A DNA stretch of 64,000 nt from Fusobacteriaceae bacterium. Its GTDB lineage: Bacteria > Fusobacteriota > Fusobacteriia > Fusobacteriales > Fusobacteriaceae. How positions within the stretch are numbered: the stretch's first letter is position 1; the number at the start of each line of letters is the position of its first letter. The stretch is from the NCBI GenBank assembly GCA_051656905.1, contig JBOFJQ010000015.1:66861-130860 (forward strand), read 5' to 3'. Made by a program: the position numbers and the translations under genes. This document shows, one piece after another, positions 59,596 to 64,000 of this stretch. A model generated the notes under the pieces. It did no database searches and was not told the DNA's origin. It worked only from the letters and a program-made list of their open reading frames with translations.

Positions 59596-59767
59596 TTTTT
59601 TTTACCAACTAATCCATAACAGTTGGTTAGTAATAAAAGCTTTTTTTCTTAGTTAATAAGGGATTAAGTAAGTTTTTGAGGGAATAAGAAGTCTTAAGAG
59701 ATTTGTAATATTAATTAAGTGATTTATATAAACCTTAAATTTTATATCTATTTTATATTTAAAGGAG

Positions 59768-60334
59768 GTGTTTTCTATAGGTAGGTTAGATAAGAATAAA
59801 ATCTATTCAATAAGAATAAGATATGAGCATGGAGAAAATTTAAAAGATTTAGCTTTAGAATTTAAAGTCCCTCTCATTACAATTCACAAAAGAAAAAAGA
59901 AAAGTGAACTAAAAGGCGATCCATGGGTAAAAGGTTTTAGGTCTATAGAAGGTTTTAAAGAGTTTTCACAAGATAATGAATCAGCTAAATTAAAATTAGA
60001 TATGGTCATTACAGAGAAGGCTAGGAAAGAGTTTATATCACTAGAGAGAAACATAGATAGACTTTACAGTGATAAGAATACACTGCTAATTCCTGAGGCA
60101 GAGAAAGCTTTTCAAGTGAGAGGAACAAGAATAGTTAAGCAGTTAGAACTGAGAAGGAAAATAGAAGGGATCTATACTCCAGAACAACAACTACTAATTG
60201 ATACAGCAAAGGCAACTATAAAAGTAAAAGAGAAGGATGCTGAGTTGAAGGCACTGGAGATAAAGAGTAAAGAGATAGACTATAAACTAAAAGAAGAGGA
60301 AAGCAGACATTATTTAAAAGGAGGTAATAGTTAG
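59768..60334 (+). CDS. HTH plus coiled-coil protein (regulator or TerS-accessory), start uncertain
   Basis: N-terminal HTH NLKDLALEFKVPLITIHKRKKK. The annotated GTG abuts the GGAGG, so the true start is unclear. Confidence 0.45.
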   Translation: MFSIGRLDKNKIYSIRIRYEHGENLKDLALEFKVPLITIHKRKKKSELKGDPWVKGFRSIEGFKEFSQDNESAKLKLDMVITEKARKEFISLERNIDRLYSDKNTLLIPEAEKAFQVRGTRIVKQLELRRKIEGIYTPEQQLLIDTAKATIKVKEKDAELKALEIKSKEIDYKLKEEESRHYLKGGNS

Positions 60335-60765
60335 TGAATAAGATATGTCCTAGATGTAGAAAGGTTTACTCATACAATGACAGGACTTGCCCTAACGGGT
60401 GCAGTGACAAGAGAAAGAAAGAGAGCAACAAAGTATATGACAAGGAACAAAGAGCTAATAAAGACCTCTACAACTCAAGAGAGTGGAAGCTCTTAAGAGA
60501 AGCCTGCAAGAAAAGATTTAGTGGCTTATGTATATGGAGTCTATATGCTCATGAAAGAATAGTTCATGGAACATTGACTCATCACATAGTACCTGTTGAA
60601 GATGCAGAAGATAAAGCATTAGATCCTGATAACTTAATCTATCTATCTGATACAGCTCATAGAGAGATACATGAGCTGTATAACAATGATAAAGAAGTAA
60701 CACAGGCATTACTACTTGAATATATCAAGCTATGGAATGATACAGATGAGGGAGTGGGGCTATAA
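60334..60765 (+). CDS. HNH endonuclease (packaging-associated)
   Basis: Zn ribbon CPRC...CPNGC and HNH core HHIVPV...N...HREIH, located directly before terS. Confidence 0.85.
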   Translation: MNKICPRCRKVYSYNDRTCPNGCSDKRKKESNKVYDKEQRANKDLYNSREWKLLREACKKRFSGLCIWSLYAHERIVHGTLTHHIVPVEDAEDKALDPDNLIYLSDTAHREIHELYNNDKEVTQALLLEYIKLWNDTDEGVGL

Positions 60766-60774
60766 AAAAGTTTT

Positions 60775-60815
60775 CGAGAAACTGCGGGATACCGCATCTC
60801 CCCTACAGCGTACGC
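60775..60815. other. candidate cos site (GC-rich island between hnh and terS)
   Basis: actgcgggataccgcatctcccctacagcgtacgc is about 63% GC in a ~30% GC background. It contains the palindromes gcgg-gata-ccgc and gcgtacgc. Confidence 0.4.
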
Positions 60816-60859
60816 AAATTTGTAAATGGAAAAAAATATAAAAAATCTGGGGGAAATAT

Positions 60860-61312
60860 ATGGGAAGAAAAGTTCCTTTAGAATTACAAAAGGGAGATTT
60901 AACAGATAAGGTAAAAAAACAAAAAGAATTAGAAGAAGCATCAGTATTTGTAGGAAATGAGCAATTGGAAAAACCTCCAGAATGGCTTATAAACGATAAG
61001 GCAATAGAGGAATGGAAAAGGCTTGTAAAAGAATTTAATAAAAAATCATTAATTAGTAATCTTGATTATAACAACTTAGGAGCTTACTGCAATTCTTTTG
61101 CTAAGTACACTGAGGTAGTAAATAAAATGGGTATGAATCTAATGATAGGAAAGACTACTAATCCTTTAATAACATTAGAACTTAAGTATTCTGATGAAAT
61201 GAAGAGGTATGGTAGCTTATTAGGGCTTACATCAGAATCAAGACTAAAGTTAGGTGGAATAAAAGCAGGAGAGCAAAATCAAGAAGTAAGCAATTCGTTT
61301 GGTGACATATGA
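60860..61312 (+). CDS. terS: terminase small subunit, P27 family
   Basis: 150 aa. PPEWL...W..L...L...L...D...L..YC and the C-terminal LGLTSESRLKL are typical of P27-family TerS. Confidence 0.8.
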   Translation: MGRKVPLELQKGDLTDKVKKQKELEEASVFVGNEQLEKPPEWLINDKAIEEWKRLVKEFNKKSLISNLDYNNLGAYCNSFAKYTEVVNKMGMNLMIGKTTNPLITLELKYSDEMKRYGSLLGLTSESRLKLGGIKAGEQNQEVSNSFGDI

Positions 61313-63030
61313 TGACAATAAGAGAAGAGCTAATTAAATATTCAGAAGAGTGTATTTATAGGGAATCAATAAATGGAAAAAAGCATATATGGGCTTGTAA
61401 AAGGTTTCTAAAAGACTTAAAAAGCGATTTTGAATATTATTGGAATGAAGAGGAAGCAGTAAAAATTGTTAAATGGTTTGAATATTTAAGACATAGCAAA
61501 GGGGTATTGGCAGGGCAACCAATAAAGTTAACGACTTGGCAAAAATTTAATCTGTGTCAAATCTATGGATGGAGAAATAAATCAGATCATAGAAAAAGAT
61601 TTAAACTAAGTTTCATAGAAGTTGGAAGAAAACAAGCAAAATCACAGATGCAAGCAGGAGTATTACTTTATGAAATGTCTGTTCAATCTACAAAGAACAA
61701 TGAAATCTATGAAACCTATTGTGCAGGAACAAAAAGAGAGCAATCCAAGATAATTTTTAATGAATGTAGAAATCTATTAACAGGAAGTCCTTTAGCTCCT
61801 AAGTTTAAATTAAAAAATACAGAAATAGTTCATATAAAAACGGGTTCTTTTTTAAAACCACTAAGTAAAGAGGATGGGAAAAAAGGAGACGGTACAAATC
61901 CTGCTGTCCTAGTATTGGATGAATATCATCAACATACAACAACAGAATTTTATGATTTAGGGTTGGGGTCTAATACAAAAGAACCTCTTCTGATGATTAT
62001 AACAACGGCAGGAGTTGATTTAAACTCACCATGTTACACCCAAGAATATAAATACTGCTCTGATATTCTTAACCCTGCCTCAGATGTTGAAAATGATAAT
62101 TACTTTATTGATATTTGTGAAATAGATAAAGATGATGATATTTATGATAGAAAAAATTGGCTTAAAGCTAATCCATTAAGAATGACATATCCAGAGGGAA
62201 TAGCACAATTGGAATCAGCTTTTAAAGTAGCAGAAGATGTTCCTGAAAAGATGGTAGCCTTTAAAACCAAATGCTTGAATATGTGGATACAAGCAAAAGA
62301 CCAAGGCTATATGGATATGGAGAAGTGGAAAAAATGCCAGGTAAAAGAGTTGCCTTATTGCATATTAAATAGACCTGTTTATGTTGGGTTTGATATGTCA
62401 GCAAAGATAGACCTTACCAGTGTAGCATTTGTTATTCCAATAATGGATGAAGGAAAAGCAAAATATATAATATTTAGCCACTCTTTTATACCAAATAGAG
62501 AAAAGTTAATGGAAAGAAAAGCAGTTGATAAAGTTCCTTATGACACGTGGGAAGAACTAGGATTTTTAACAGTAACTAACACCCCAATCGTGGACCAAGA
62601 AGCAGTTATGCAATACGTACTTGAAACTTGTAAGAAAAATAAATGGGAAATAAAGCACTTATGCTTTGATCCCGCAAATGCCTCTAAGCTAATGATGGAT
62701 TTAGAGACTAAGGGAGGATATGAGGTAACAGAGGTATTCCAGTCTCATAAATCACTTAATGAAAGTACTCAAGGCTTTAGAGAACAGGTATATTCGGGTA
62801 ATGTCTATTACTTGTATAATCCACTACTAAATTATGCAATGGGAAACGCTGTAATAAAGCAGAATAACGGTTTAATAAAAATAGATAAAGATGCAACTAC
62901 AAAGAGGATAGACCCGATAGATGCCCTGTTATGTGGTTATAAGCTATCAATGTATCATGAGTTTGAGTTCGACATAACACAATATGCAGAGGAAGATTAC
63001 TTAGATAAGCTTTATGGAGGGGGTGAATAG
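61309..63030 (+). CDS. terL: terminase large subunit
   Basis: 573 aa with Walker A GRKQAKS, Walker B VLVLDEYH and a C-terminal nuclease domain (IDPIDA). Confidence 0.92.
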   Translation: MMTIREELIKYSEECIYRESINGKKHIWACKRFLKDLKSDFEYYWNEEEAVKIVKWFEYLRHSKGVLAGQPIKLTTWQKFNLCQIYGWRNKSDHRKRFKLSFIEVGRKQAKSQMQAGVLLYEMSVQSTKNNEIYETYCAGTKREQSKIIFNECRNLLTGSPLAPKFKLKNTEIVHIKTGSFLKPLSKEDGKKGDGTNPAVLVLDEYHQHTTTEFYDLGLGSNTKEPLLMIITTAGVDLNSPCYTQEYKYCSDILNPASDVENDNYFIDICEIDKDDDIYDRKNWLKANPLRMTYPEGIAQLESAFKVAEDVPEKMVAFKTKCLNMWIQAKDQGYMDMEKWKKCQVKELPYCILNRPVYVGFDMSAKIDLTSVAFVIPIMDEGKAKYIIFSHSFIPNREKLMERKAVDKVPYDTWEELGFLTVTNTPIVDQEAVMQYVLETCKKNKWEIKHLCFDPANASKLMMDLETKGGYEVTEVFQSHKSLNESTQGFREQVYSGNVYYLYNPLLNYAMGNAVIKQNNGLIKIDKDATTKRIDPIDALLCGYKLSMYHEFEFDITQYAEEDYLDKLYGGGE

Positions 63031-64000
63031 TGAAAATAATTGAAAATATAAAAAATATGATTAAGAGTAAGGAAAAAGAAAAAGATACCTATAATTTAGA
63101 ACAGCTTGGAGGGTTACTAAGTACCTTAGGAATAGATATTGAAAACATAGATAGTTCAAATGACTTGTCAGAAACAATATATTTTATTTGTCTAAAGCAT
63201 TTATCAGAAACAATGGGAAAAATGCCGTGGGAAAAGAGAATTTTAACTGAAAAAAAAGGAAAAGAAAAGATAATAGACCACAGGATGGATGTTTTACTTA
63301 ATTTAAGACCTAATCCATATATGACAGCAACTACTTTTTGGGGGAGCGTGGAATTAAACAAGTTACATTATGGAAATTCATTTATATATATTGAAGCAGA
63401 TAAAAATGGCTTTCCTAAATATTTATGGCTTTTGCCTAGTGAGCAGGTGGAGATATATATTGATAATAAGGGCATATTTGGAAGTAATAATGCTATTTGG
63501 TATGTTTGGACAGAGCCAAGAACATGTAAAAAATATACTTTTGATATGAATGAAATAATTCATTTAAAAACTCATGTTTGCTTTGATGGGCTATCAGGTC
63601 TTTCAGTAAAAGAGATTTTAAAGACTCAAATTAATACTGGAAAAAACTCAATTGGTTTTTTAAATAAATTATATAGAAATAATATGTTTGGATCTAAAGT
63701 AATAGTTCATTATACAGGAGAATTAAAAACAGGTCAGGAGGGGAAAATAGCAGAAAAGCTTGAAAGATTCTCTAAAAATCAAGGGTCAGGGAAGTTTATT
63801 CCAATGCCACTGGGTATGCAAGCTCAGTTATTAGATATGAAGCTTGCTGATGCACAGTTCTTTGAAAACAATAAAATATCAGCACTGCAATTAGCAGCTG
63901 CTTTTGGAATAAAACCTAATGTTATCAATGATTATACAAAATCATCATATAGCAACTCTGAAACTCAACAGATAGATTTCTACGTAAATACTCTACAACC
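63030..64000 (+). CDS. portal protein (HK97-family like), 3' end beyond window
   Basis: My own translation from GTG 63030 (5 nt after GGAGGGGG) includes LRPNPYMTATTFWGSVELNKLHYGNSFIYIE. The frame stays open to the window edge. Confidence 0.8.
   Translation, partial: MKIIENIKNMIKSKEKEKDTYNLEQLGGLLSTLGIDIENIDSSNDLSETIYFICLKHLSETMGKMPWEKRILTEKKGKEKIIDHRMDVLLNLRPNPYMTATTFWGSVELNKLHYGNSFIYIEADKNGFPKYLWLLPSEQVEIYIDNKGIFGSNNAIWYVWTEPRTCKKYTFDMNEIIHLKTHVCFDGLSGLSVKEILKTQINTGKNSIGFLNKLYRNNMFGSKVIVHYTGELKTGQEGKIAEKLERFSKNQGSGKFIPMPLGMQAQLLDMKLADAQFFENNKISALQLAAAFGIKPNVINDYTKSSYSNSETQQIDFYVNTLQ

Larger units (their letters stand above)
45901..64000. mobile_element. integrated temperate phage-like element at tRNA-Leu; right end beyond window
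   Basis: The integrase abuts the tRNA. The element carries xis, ParA, a replication organizer with iterons, divergent cro/cI-like regulators, an accessory cassette and HNH-TerS-TerL-portal. Confidence 0.88.

Noticed and set aside
1-64000. Search for CRISPR arrays, rRNA genes, IS elements and transposases
   Set aside because: I noticed no regularly spaced direct repeats with unique spacers, no rRNA-like conserved blocks, and no transposase-like ORFs with terminal inverted repeats.

Overview
This 64-kb window comes from a low-GC (roughly 30% by eye) anaerobe. The gene content looks Fusobacteria-like, but that is inference only. Positions 1-45.7 kb are ordinary chromosomal operons. They include rpiB/slyD, a fused PLP-decarboxylase/arginase, and pnp-rimO-pgsA-yggT-rsmH-ftsL. 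They also include metNIQ behind a SAM-I riboswitch, and a bioD-A-F-G-C-B biotin operon with a BirA-like operator and a trailing Na+/solute symporter. The remaining operons are a Cys/Met PLP lyase, murQ-murP, ybaK, an alanine/Na+ symporter with a long structured leader, Leu-dehydrogenase-ptb-buk, HU, a four-subunit 2-oxoacid:ferredoxin oxidoreductase and an AlaX-like editing protein. At 45.9 kb an intact tRNA-Leu(CAA) abuts a tyrosine integrase; a promoter-bearing 5' half-tRNA relic sits just upstream of it. From there to the window edge (at least 18 kb) lies a temperate phage-like element. A leftward early operon runs cro-like, unknowns, an iteron-containing replication organizer, DUF2786, ParA/ParB-like, xis and int. 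A divergent cI-like repressor follows. Far right is a late module of KilAC-like protein, Rep_trans-like initiator, HNH, candidate cos, P27 TerS, TerL and a portal cut by the window edge. The most interesting block is the repressor-linked accessory operon at about 52.2-57.6 kb. It holds a repressor-tail paralog, two membrane proteins (one with a PG-binding-like tail, one with a glycine zipper and SHOCT tail), a SMODS nucleotidyltransferase with a SLATT-like TM partner, an unclassifiable 356-aa TM/coiled-coil protein and a convergent 2-TM micro-ORF. I read this as a lysogeny-expressed defence/exclusion island, and most of it has no family I can name. No rRNA, CRISPR array or IS element was seen.
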